DNA of 64,000 nt from the human T2T-CHM13v2.0 reference genome, Homo sapiens: the NCBI RefSeq assembly GCF_009914755.1, contig NC_060940.1; one strand, 5' to 3'. The notes under the pieces are model-generated. The model was not told the origin of the DNA. It ran no database searches and saw only the letters and a program-made list of their open reading frames with translations. The stretch's first letter is position 1. Each line of letters opens with the position of its first letter. Below, piece after piece: positions 43,756-60,840 of this stretch. Both the position numbers and the translations under genes were made by a program.

Positions 43756-44986
43756 TGAGGATGCTCAAGTTTGATGAAAATAAATGACTTGATTGCTGAG
43801 TGAGGGGCACACTGCTCCCAGGCTTCCAACCCTTCATCCGGGAGCAGGAGAGGTGGGGCACGGTGACCCTGTGGCATGCCATGCCTGGCCGGTTTCCGCA
43901 ACCGGTTCCTTTCTTGGTGCCTCGCCTGGCGACAAGAGCCCTTTCCGGTGCTTTTCATTCCTTCCTGAAGTTCCGTTTCCATCTGGCTTTGTTTCCTTTC
44001 TTTCTGAAAAACCTCCTGTATTTTTTTCCGTGCAGTTGTGCCGGCTGTGAATTCTTAGTTATTATTAATCTGAAAATTCTTTATTTCATCTTCATTCTTA
44101 AAAGATGTATTTGCCGGATAGAGAATTCTGATCTGACGGGTTCATTCTTTCATCACATTGACACCGTTGTCTGCTGCCTCTTGGCCTGTGCTGCTCTGAT
44201 GAGAGGGGTCAGTGGTCATCTATGCCCTCATTCCTCCGTGCGAGGTGCATTGTCTGTCTGTGGCTGCTTTGACAATTTTGTCTTTGGTTTTGGTTTTCAG
44301 CCTGGTCGTTCGTTTGTGGAGTTTTTTTCCCTAAAACATGCAGAAGAATTCAAAGAATTTTACAGTGAACAGCCAAGTACCCAGCACCTAGTCTCTCCCG
44401 TTAACGTACTGTAGCTGCTTTCTTGCACATCTTGAAGATAGTGAAGAGTCCCGAGCAGGTCACAGGAAATGGGGCGTCTGCTCCAGGAAACTCAGAGGGT
44501 GTCGGAGTCTTCATTCTGTGGACCCTGGGTGCCTTGGGGGTTCCACACTGTGGGCCGGAAGGTCAACACCGGACACTGTCAGTACGAGCCCAGCAGGAAG
44601 TGTGCGTGGGCAGGTGTGGTGCCTGCAGGAAGCAGCTGTTGAGCCAGGCAGATAGGGATGAGTGGAAGGCCGGCGCTGGGGGACCTAGGAGGGAGCTCTT
44701 GGGAGGACAGATCAACTGGTCAGAGGCTGGGTAGTGGGCCTGCCTGAGGAGGGGGCCAGGCAGGGGCGTGCCAGGCTTTCAGGTGAGCGGGGGCGACCAG
44801 GGCAGCTGACTCGAAGGTGTGACTTTGAGGGAGGGGCTGCAGCTACTGTAGGGCTTTTATTCCAGAGGAACTTTAATATTCGGTAATGGGATTTGAGTCT
44901 ATATTGAGCGGAATTGTATGGGAATCTTCAGTGGCTTTGCTCCTAACTACATTGTGGTCTCATTTATTTATTTTTTCCATTTAAAG

Positions 44987-45035
44987 GTATGGATGACAAG
45001 AATGCAACAAAGCTGAATGAACTCATTCAGGTTGG
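44987..45035 (+). CDS. CRAMP1: CRAMP1 exon 6 (49 nt; CMDDKNATKLNELIQVG)
   Basis: Acceptor TTTTTTCCATTTAAAG|, donor TGG|GTAAGT; frame links exons 5 and 7. Confidence 0.9.
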
Positions 45036-45619
45036 GTAAGTCCCAGTTTCCATGTGAAACATCACTTCTCTGGGTGTTTTGTGTTTATTCTCTAAAATAC
45101 AGAAGCTGAAATGCTCTCAGTGAGGACCTTCCGAGTTAAAACTTCATAACCTCTCAGTTACGTGTTCAGTCCCAACAAAAGGTGCTTGGTCCAGGGAGCA
45201 GTGACTGCGCCCAGAGCCTGTGCCTGCCCCGGGGAGGGAAGGAAGTGCCGTCTTTGGCCTCCTCCTTCCCGAGGGTCTCTGGCTGGGCGTTGTGGTCTCG
45301 ACGCAGCACTCAGGGCCCTGCTTTTTGTGCTCCTTTTCCTCCACCTTTGTGCCTGCTGTGGGGCTGGTCCCCGGCTTCTAGGGCCTCTCCTTTCCATTGC
45401 ATTTTTGTCGTGTCCTGGGCCACTTCTGACAGCTTCCCTGCCTTCTTGTGCCCTGGATGCTTCTGTCTCCAACTGGCCGCTCTCCTCCCCTCACACACCT
45501 GACTCCCAGAGGGCACATGCTCTCCTGGCCACACAAACAACCGGGCCCCTGATGGTCCAGTTGACATCTGCCCAGTTGCTGCTGTTGGGCTGCACTTCAG
45601 GGCAGGGCCCCGCCACCCT

Positions 45620-45806
45620 ACTCCACAGCCTGGGGGTTCCCTGCTTTACAGCTTGGGGAAGGTCCCCACGCCACAGCCTGGGGGGGTTCCCCACTCCGCA
45701 GCCTGGGGGTCTCCACTCCGCAGCCTGGGGGGTCCCCACTCTGGAGCCTGGGGGGGGGTCCCCGTTCCACAGCCTGGGGGTTCCCAGTGCACAGCCTGGT
45801 GGGGTT
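45620..45806 (+). repeat. GC-rich minisatellite (~22-26 bp unit ccacagcctgggggttccc)
   Basis: About 8 degenerate tandem copies. Confidence 0.8.
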
Positions 45807-47108
45807 CTGTGCATGTACATTTCTCACCTGGTGTGGGTCCTCATGGGTAGCCATCCCATCTTACATCCATCCCGCCCACTGACCACACCAGAGCTATCCC
45901 GGCAGCCTGGCTGACTGCTCTCAGTTCACTGAACCACAGATATTGGGTCTGCACAACCAGCCCCGATCCTTGTGGGTATGCCACCCGCACCCAAGAGCCC
46001 TGCCCTTGCAGCCACTCCTGAACAGTCCTTACCCATCTCTCTTCCGTCCATAGCACTTCACCCTTGGACCTCTGGTTGCTTTTCCCCTTGGCCCTTCTCC
46101 CCCAGGCTTGTGTCTGATGACCTGGGAACCCTCCCTGCCCCAGTGGGAGCAGTGCCTGCTGGGCCAGCACAGGCCTTCCCTCCAGTCCCAGCACAGCAGG
46201 TGTTGGGCATGATTCCCAGGCTGTGTGTGAGCTGCCACCAGCCTGCAGCCAACGACTGTAACTGGGTGACCACAGCCACCAGAAAGTGCAGCCAGCTTGC
46301 CCCAACACTGGACAGACTTCCCAGAGTGGGTCTGGGGTACAGCCAGGGGCCGCCAGCCATAGGGAGGGTGTTCACCGCCTTGCCCAGGCGCCCCTCCCAG
46401 CTTCAGAGCCCTGCTTCCTTCCCACTCTTGCTCCTGCTCTACCTCCATCAGGCAGTATCTGGCTTATCCTGAGCAGCACTGGGCACATTGGAGGAACCGT
46501 CTTGAGAAGGCCCAAGATCCAAGGCTTGGTTGGTTTCTGATGTCAGCTGACCAGTAGGCAAGGGGCTGTCCCATGAGGGAAAACACTGCCGCAGGATCCA
46601 TACTTGGGGCAAATCTTACTTCACCTTTTATTTCATTTCCTCCATGATTGATGGAATGAAGCCAGAGTTCCAGACTCTTTGCTGTATGCTTGAGGACGGT
46701 GCACAGAGTGGCCTGTCCGATGAGCGTTCCTTTTGCCAAAACACAGATGTGCTGCCCAGCGGGGGCGTGGTGGGCACCTGCAGCGCCATCCGCGGGAGAA
46801 CTTATGTAAGAAATAGATTCCTTCTGACCACACGGGCACAGGGAGTTCCCAGGGACTGGAGACACTTGACAAACAAATGCAGGTAGTAGCTTTGTGGAGG
46901 TCTTGGGCCTTTAAAAAAAACCAAGGAAGGAGAAGGAAAGAAATGGTTACAAAGAGTATTCTAGGGACAACTCGGGGGGCTTTGATTATGGGCTGCGTGA
47001 TAGAGTGTAGTCTCCCGAGTGATGACAGGGTTGTGGCTTGCAGGACTAGAGGTGCTGGCTAAAGTGTGCAGAGGGAAAGTGCCTTCTGGTATAAAGAACC
47101 CTCAGGTT

Positions 47109-47582
<474 letters not shown>

Positions 47583-48714
47583 TTACAGTCATGCCATCTG
47601 CCACTCTGAGAACCAAATGAAGAGGGAGCCTGGCATGGGTCCCCAGCTCCTCCAGGCCGCGTGTTGGGCATGTTGGCCAGAAGGCGGCATGGCTGAATGT
47701 CGGCTGTCATCCTCTGCTGTGCTCCTGCAGTGGAGGGGCTCTGAGATGACTGACTGTGGGCCTAGGCGGTGGGCCTGTCAGCAGGATGGCAAGATTGATT
47801 GTCCTTTTTCTTAAGGAAGCTAGTGTTGAGGTAGCTCACCTGGCTACCAGCTTGTCTGGAAAAGACTGGGCAGGTGGCAAAAGAAAAGGTGAGCTCAGGT
47901 GTGGGCGCTGATGGGGAATTTGCCCGTGTAGCCAAGGATTTTGGCAAATGGCAGGTGAAGGCAGTGCTGACTCCTGGACCGAGTGCTGGGTGAGGCCGCA
48001 GCGAGAGTGGGAGCCTGCGCTAAGGGACTTGGCCGTTCTCACCTGACTCTCTGGGCCCCAGCCTCACCTGTCGTATTGTCATCCTCCAGAGAGGTGTGAG
48101 ACACGGAGAAAAGGTTTGGAACAGCATGGTACCAGCAAGGAAAGATTTCTGTCTGCACCCATGGAGAGATCTGAGGCAGAACGGCTGCTGAATAGTGTGT
48201 TCATTGGTTCTGGAAATGTCTGGGTGCCTGTGTGTGCCTGGCACAGGAATGGGTGCTCGTTATGCAGTGGTGACAGCTGTGGTGTGGCAGCTGATGCATG
48301 TCCATTGAACAGGTCACCTTAGCATGTGGTGTAGACATGTACAGTAACTGGGGATGAAAGTTACTGTGAAACTGACGTGGCAGGTGGGTGCAGACATGGC
48401 AACTGGCAGGAAGGGAACCTGCCTGGGGCGTTTAGGGAAGCGATCAGGGGCCACACAAAGAGTTGGGGAATCACCTGGCCCAGGGAAAGGAAGGTGGGAA
48501 GGAGGAACTGGGTCATGGAAGCCTCAGGAGGGGAGGGGAGAGGAAGAGTGCAGAGCTGAGGCTGGAGGGCTGGGCCAGGCCCAGCTCTGAGCACAGGAGG
48601 GTTTGCAGCAGGAGAGCCCCTCGTTCTGGGTAAAACTGTGCCTCTCGTTCCCTGTGGAGAAGAGATGGGGACGCTGTTGGAGGTGGTGTGGTGTGGTGTG
48701 TACATTCTTTTTCT

Positions 48715-50850
<2,136 letters not shown>

Positions 50851-51307
50851 GTTCTTTGACCAGCAGACATTCGTATTTACAAACAAACAGGAAACCTGTC
50901 AAGGTGAGAGATTGGGAAAATGACTGAGGTGCCTGTGGGAGGCTACCCCTGGATTTCAGCCCAAAAGCGATTGGGGTATTTGACTTGCTGTCGCCTCTAC
51001 CTCTCATGCAGACCTGTTTCAATTAACTGTGAATCTTCTTTGGTTTTAGAATTGTAAAATTAAATTAAAGACTAAATGAATTGAGTAAAGCTCTAAACTA
51101 AAGTGAAAGCTTACTACGTGGTTCGCAGACCCAGAGGCCTAAGTTTATCACGTGCTTATTAGATTTATCAAGTGGTTTTGCAGAGAAGAGAATAAATGTA
51201 TCCGAAACGAAAGCCAGGCTCCCATGTACATAGAGGGATTACTCTGTTTTCGATTCAGAAATGCTGTTCTGTTCTGCAATGATATTTCTATTCTGAAATG
51301 CTATTCA

Positions 51308-52929
<1,622 letters not shown>

Positions 52930-53329
52930 TCAGTACAACATGTTGTTCTCTGGGGACTCATCCTCTCTAAATTATCCCTCAAGACAGAAAATCTGTACAG
53001 ACAGAAAGGGGGTGAGGGCATGGAAGTTTTTTTTCTACCGTCTTGACTCTTTGGTCAGGCTTTCCAAGGCTCAGCTCTGTCCTTTGGTATCCTGTGTTTG
53101 ATTCCCAGCACTGAAGGCACTCAGTCAGTAGTTGGGTGGGTGGACAGACGGACACGTGAGTGGATGGATGGATGGACACATGAGTGGGTGGGTAGAGGCA
53201 TGGTCAATGGATAGATAGAAGAGTAGCTGCCATGCATGAGGGATTGTTGAGCTTTCCATAGCTACTGAAACCCAGCTGCTGCTCCTGCCTTTCTGCCAAT
53301 TGGGACCTCACTGTTTGGCCTTATTTATT

Positions 53330-53951
<622 letters not shown>

Positions 53952-54825
53952 TAAACACTTGATTAAAGCCTTAGGTTTTTGGGGTGATGGTAAAATCTTT
54001 GTGGGGTATTGAGACTGCATAATGCTGAAATTAGAGCTAGGACCCTTTTAAAAGGATGGGGATTGCAGCTTTGTTTACTGGGATGTGGAGATTGTGGTGT
54101 CACCCTTTTTGCCTGTCTGAGGTTGCCAGAACTGGCTGTCTCCATTAGACGCCCTCAGCAGAGGCTGCTTTTCAGCCAAACTGCGGGAGTCATCTGGAGA
54201 GTCCCTCCCACGCAGCACTCGCTTCAGACTCTTGTTCACATTTTGATCTCTAATTTTGGTCAGCATTGTATTGGAATAAGATTTTTTAAAAACTATACAA
54301 GTAATGCATAAATATAAGTCTTAAGCAATTTTCAAACAATACACAGATAAAATATAAGACCCTCTTCACCACCCCATCCTGCTCATCTCATCGAAGCTAA
54401 CCACTTACAGTCATTTCATGTGTGTCTTTCTGAATTTTTTTCTTAGTGAATTTACATAAGTAAGTGTACAGGTACAAATATAGATACATATAGAGATGAA
54501 GATGTAATTTTTTACGCATCCTTAGAATCACGCTCTGTTCTGTAGCTTTTTTCATAGACTGTTTCTTAGAAATTGAATAGCAACAGCAAATATAGAAGCA
54601 GCAACTCTCCTACCTGACGTGTGCAACTGGGAGTTGGTGAATTCCTAAAATTGGTTAAGGCAGAAAGCCGTAAAAACAAGATACACATGCCCTGAGCATT
54701 TTGTAAAACACAAGCCCATTGTCGTTCACCAGCCAGTGGGCCGCTGCCCAGAGCCATGTCTTGACTGGGGTCCACTCCTTGGAATTCAAGTTGGTTTTTC
54801 TCTCAGATCAGAAACTCCTCACAGG

Positions 54826-55940
54826 GAGGTCACATAGAGGTGGACTGAGAAGTCACAGAGGTAGACTGAGCTCACACAGAGGTCATGGAGAGGTGGATTG
54901 AGGTCACACAGAGGTCACGGAGAAGTGGACTGAGAGGTCACAGAGAGGAGGACTCAGAGGCCACAGGTCATGGAAAGGTAGATTGAGGTCACAGAGGTCA
55001 CGAAAAGGTGGACTGAGGTCACGGAGAGGTGGACTGAGGTCACACAGGTCACAAAAAGGTGGACTCAGAGGTCACAGAGTTGGACAGGTTACACAGAGGT
55101 CACACGGTGGACTGAGATCACGGAGAGCTGGACTGAGGTCACACACAGGTTATGGAGAGGTCGACTGAGAGGTCACACAGAGGTCATCTAGGGGTGGATT
55201 TAGGTCACGCACAGGTCACGGAAAGGTGGACTGAGAGGTCACGGAGAGGTGGACTGAGGTCACAGAGGTCACCTAGAGGTGAATTGTCACACAGAGGTCA
55301 TGTTGAGGTGGACTGAGGTCACACACAGGTCATCTAGAGGTGGATTGAGGTCACACACAGGTCATCTAGAGGTGGACTGAGGTCACACAGGTCATTTAGA
55401 GGTGGATTGAGGTCACACAGTTCACGGAGAGGTGGGCTGAGGTCACACAGAGGTCATGGGGAGGTGGACTGAGAGGTCACCTAGAGGTGGATTGAAGTCA
55501 CACAGAGGTAACCTAGAGGTGGACTGAGAGGTCACGGAGAGGTGGACTGAGGTCACACAGAGGTCACCTAGAGGTGGATTGAGGTCACACAGAGGTCATA
55601 GAGAGGTGGACTGAGGTCACACAGGTCACAGAGAGGTGGACTGAGAGGTCACACAGAGGTCACAGAAAGGTGGATTGAGGTCACACAGAGGTCACAGAAA
55701 GGTGGACTGAGGTCACACAGGTCATCTAGAGATGGATTGAGGTCACATGGAGGTCACGGGGAGGTGAACTGAGGTCACAGAGAGGTCACGTAGAAGTGGA
55801 TTGAGGTCACACAGAGGTCATGGGGAGGTGGACTGAGGTCACAGGTCATGTAGAGCTGGATTTAGGTCACACAGAGGTCACAGGGAGGTGGACTGAGAGG
55901 TCACGGAGAGGTAGACTGAGAGGTCATGGGGAGGAGGACT
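54826..55940 (+). repeat. ~32-bp-period minisatellite rich in AGGTCA direct repeats
   Basis: Unit approximately GAGGTCACACAGAGGTCAYGGAGAGGTGGAYT, ~35 degenerate copies. Confidence 0.93.
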
Positions 55941-56343
55941 GAGAGCTTCTGCTCTGAGGGCCCAAAGTGGGAGGACTGCACAGAGCTGGGGCAGTGGAGA
56001 GAGGGGTGGCCATCTGAGGGGACCCCAGGATAGTGGCTTTTCCAGGGATGGGACATCAGCTTGTGCCAGGCCAGTCACCAAGGCAGGAGGGCACAGCACA
56101 TTTTCTGTAAACAGCAGGTGTCCCTTGGAGTGTGAGGTGTGGTCAGGAAAGTAGCAGGATGTGCAGAGTCACCACTTCTTGTTTGTCACTGTGTCCTCCC
56201 ACTGTCCTACGCGGGCTCGAGAGGCTGGGGTGGATGCTTGGCCAGGCCCCACCTGGCCTGGCTCAGCGCCTCTCCGTGTGCTGGCCCTTCCGTCCTTCTG
56301 TTCACTCACAGGCCTCAGCGTTCCTTCAAAACTCTTTTCCCAG

Positions 56344-56429
56344 GGCCACCACTGTACGTTACAAAGGGCGGAACCTGCGGATCAAAGCGCCCATGTGCCG
56401 GGCCCTGAAGAAGCTGTGCGATCCAGATG
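56344..56429 (+). CDS. CRAMP1: CRAMP1 exon 7 (86 nt; ATTVRYKGRNLRIKAPMCRALKKLCDPD)
   Basis: Acceptor CTTTTCCCAG|, donor ATG|GTAAGT. Confidence 0.93.
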
Positions 56430-56880
56430 GTAAGTGAATGGGGCGCTCCCGGGACCAGAGGCGGTGCCCATGGTGTCCCATTCAATGATGGGCAGGCTGA
56501 GCTACCGGGTTGCTGCCACAGTTGCTTTGTGTCTGACCCTGCTTAATCCCAGGGCTGCACATGGACCACTCTTGAACTTGAAATGCTCCCTACGACCACT
56601 CAGTCAAGTTGAGCTCAGAGCCATGGCAGCAGTCAGCAGAGTGGTCGGAGGTTGTCAGGATCGAGTCTCCTATGGCCTCTCTGGACCAGTCTGTGGCCTT
56701 TGCAAACCCCTGAGCAGCTACATTGGAGTTTCTTCTTCGCTGGGGTTTCTCTGCTCTCCTTGCCTCTGTTTGCAAGGCCATCTGCTCACAGCTGATTTCA
56801 CTGGTTTTTCTGGCCCAGCCCTTGGTTTTCTACCTTAAGGTTGGGCTGCACTAAACTTTCATGGTTCTTCTGCATTGCAG

Positions 56881-57004
56881 GCTTGAGTGATGAAGAGGAC
56901 CAGAAGCCAGTGCGCCTGCCTCTGAAAGTCCCTATAGAGCTACAGCCGCGGAACAACCACGCCTGGGCCCGTGTGCAGAGCCTTGCCCAGAACCCACGCC
57001 TCAG
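56881..57004 (+). CDS. CRAMP1: CRAMP1 exon 8 (124 nt; GLSDEEDQKPVRLPLKVPIELQPRNNHAWARVQSLAQNPRLR)
   Basis: Acceptor TTCTGCATTGCAG|, donor CAG|GTAACA. Confidence 0.93.
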
Positions 57005-57396
57005 GTAACATGGCCCTTGGCACGCAGAGGGGTCCCAACTGCTTGAGCAGGACTGGAAGCAACGTGTGTGAGTTTCCCTCAAGGAACTTCCAGGAGAAGC
57101 AGGTCCACCCCTATGCTCTGTCATCACACGAGGACGCAGCAGTGTGGAGGCGACTGGAGTCCAGGGAGCACTGGGCTGCAGTCCTGTATCTGGGCAGGGA
57201 TCGCCCAACCTGTGTTCAGGCCGTGGAGGGGATGTCGCGGTGAGAAGAGGAGCTGCAGAGCCTTCCTTTCGTCCCCCACTAAGGCCCATACAGTTCCTCT
57301 CCCACCCGCTTCTTGGAGACTCGTGGCTCGCATATGCACAAGGCGCCATCGTGGAAATGGACCCTTTTTCATTTGTACATTTTAAAAAATGAGGTG

Positions 57397-58357
<961 letters not shown>

Positions 58358-59066
58358 TGAACTTAGCCATTTCTAAGTTTGCAGTTCAGGGGCATTTAAC
58401 ACGATCACATTGTTCTGTGGCCACCGTCTCTGTCCAGCTCCAGAGCATTTTCATGACGCTAGAAGAGGCCCTGTGCACCTCAGCACTCACTCCTCTATTC
58501 TCCATTCTCACCCTCCCACGGCCGCCGGCACCTCCCAGTCCGCCTTGTGTCTCAGTGGACTTGCCTGCTCTGAACGTTTCATAGAAACGGAATCACACGC
58601 AGAGGCCTCCGGGCCTGGCATCTTTCACTGGGCGTGATGCTTTTGAGGTTCACCCATCATAGCGCATCAGTACTTCATTCCTTCCGCTCATGTACTTCTC
58701 CCTCAGAATGTATTAACACTGTCCAGGCCCGCCCGCCCTTGAAGCCAGAAGGAGCTGGTAGACTAGGCAGAGGCTGTGCGCCAGCACCCACGCCCACGCC
58801 CTGGCGGAGACCTTTTGCTGGCAAAGAATACTTGGGATCTCTGTGTTGTTTTCTTTAGCTCTGTGTGAATCTCTGGCCATCGCAGCTGGAAAGGCTGGTT
58901 TTTAGCCACAGGAGCCAAGGGCCCTGCAGACGCCCGCTCCCGGGTGCCTCTCCAGAGGTCCCTTGTCTCTTTTGGCACCCTCCTGCTGTAAGCAGCCTCG
59001 GGACTCTTCAGATGGTTTCCTTCCTGTTCTGCGAACCTCACTTCCTCCTGTCTGTCGTCTCCGTAG

Positions 59067-59148
59067 GATGATCGTGGAGCTACATCGAAAGGTCTCCAGC
59101 CTCATCGAATTCTTGAAGCAGAAGTGGGCGCTCCATGAGGTGCGAGTT
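59067..59148 (+). CDS. CRAMP1: CRAMP1 exon 9 (82 nt; MIVELHRKVSSLIEFLKQKWALHEVRV)
   Basis: Acceptor TCTCCGTAG|, U12 donor GTT|GTATCCTTT. Confidence 0.92.
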
Positions 59149-59724
59149 GTATCCTTTTCCAGCTAAAGCAAACCATCCAGGCTGCGCTGCCTCTGCTGCC
59201 CAGAGATGGACCACGCCTCCCTGTGCCTGTCATCGTCATGGTCCCCGTGGGCAGAACAGCCATGCTGTGACATGGTGTACATCTGGAACCATAACCTGGA
59301 GCCCCTTATTCCCTGGGTGTGGAGCCCCCTCTGTGGCCTTGCAGTGCTAGAACTCAGTCACAGCCAGCCCTCCACGATGTCAGTGGCCTGTGTCTGGCCC
59401 ACGGGGTGTGGCCAAAGCATTCCTACCAGCAGGTTGAGCAAAACGACCAAGGGTCAGCCCAGCCTTCTTCACATCCATGGCTGGCTCCCGGCCCTGCCTG
59501 CTCCCCACATAGGCGTGGTGCGTGTCAGGTGTGAATTTCCTGAAGGTACTAAGTGCCTGGGTCAGCATTGTTGGGTAGTGGTGTGAGGAAAGCCACGGGT
59601 GGTGGCATGATTTATACCCTGGGGGATGCCAGTGGGGAGCGTGGCTCGTGTCTGTACCCATGTGCCTGGTCAGCATCCCGACCTCAGTGCTAGCCAGTGT
59701 GGGCCTTCCTTGACGGGCACTCAG
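59149..59724 (+). other. CRAMP1: U12-type (minor spliceosome) GT-AG intron, 576 nt
   Basis: 5'ss GTATCCTTT; branch site TTCCTTGAC 59706-59714 about 11 nt before the AG; no polypyrimidine tract. Confidence 0.92.
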
Positions 59725-60840
59725 CGGAAGACACTCGAGGAGCGGCAGCTGCAGGACTCATGCTCCGCACCGATGCAGGAGAAGGTGACACTGCACTTGT
59801 TCCCAGGCGAGAACTGTACACTGACACCGCTGCCGGGCGTGGCTCGCGTGGTGCACTCCAAGGCCTTCTGCACAGTGCACTGGCAGGAGGGCGGCCGGTG
59901 CAAGCAGAGTGCCAAGGACGCCCACGTGCTGCCCCCAGCCCAGATCCTGGGCATCCAGAGTGGGCAGGGCACGGCCCGGGGCCAGGTGAAATGCCCGCGG
60001 AGCGGAGCTGAGGGCAAGGGTGTGGGGCGGCCCCCTCCTGCGGCTGACGCCTTGCAGAGCTCCGGAGAGAGTTCCCCCGAAAGCGCCCCCGGGGAGGGGG
60101 CTGCCCTAAGCTTGAGCAGCCCGGACGCTCCTGACAGGCCTCCTCCCAGGCACCAGGACACTGGGCCATGTCTTGAGAAGACCCCTGCAGAAGGCAGGGA
60201 CAGTCCCACCCGGGAGCCAGGGGCCTTGCCGTGTGCCTGTGGCCAGCTCCCAGACCTGGAGGACGAGCTCTCGCTTCTAGACCCCTTGCCCCGCTACCTA
60301 AAGTCCTGTCAGGACCTCATTGTCCCCGAGCAGTGCCGCTGTGCGGACACACGGCCTGGGAGCGAGCAGCCCCCTCTGGGCGGGGCGGCCTCCCCAGAGG
60401 TGCTGGCTCCTGTCAGCAAGGAGGCTGCTGACCTTGCTCCCACTGGCCCATCCCCGAGGCCCGGCCCCGGGCTCCTGCTGGATGTTTGCACTAAAGACTT
60501 GGCAGATGCACCTGCGGAGGAGCTCCAGGAGAAGGGGAGCCCCGCGGGGCCTCCGCCGTCTCAGGGACAGCCTGCCGCCAGGCCCCCGAAGGAGGTCCCC
60601 GCCAGCCGGCTGGCTCAGCAGCTCCGTGAGGAGGGCTGGAACCTGCAGACCTCCGAAAGCCTCACGCTGGCCGAAGTCTACCTCATGATGGGCAAGCCCA
60701 GCAAGCTGCAGCTGGAGTACGACTGGCTGGGGCCCGGCCGCCAGGACCCCCGCCCCGGCTCCCTACCCACCGCCCTCCACAAGCAGCGCCTCCTCAGCTG
60801 CCTCCTGAAGCTCATTTCCACCGAGGTCAACCCCAAGCTG
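59725..60840 (+). CDS. CRAMP1: CRAMP1 exon 10 (1116 nt; RKTLEERQLQDS...STEVNPKL)
   Basis: Long open frame (ORF 59626-60918); acceptor TCAG|CGG, donor CTG|GTGAGT. Confidence 0.95.

Noticed and set aside
54826-55940. CRISPR-like appearance of the repeat array
   Set aside because: Human intron, degenerate tandem units with no unique spacers and no cas genes; it is a minisatellite
59626-59724. N-terminal extension of the 430-aa ORF from ATG 59626
   Set aside because: Lies inside the U12 intron; the real exon begins at 59725
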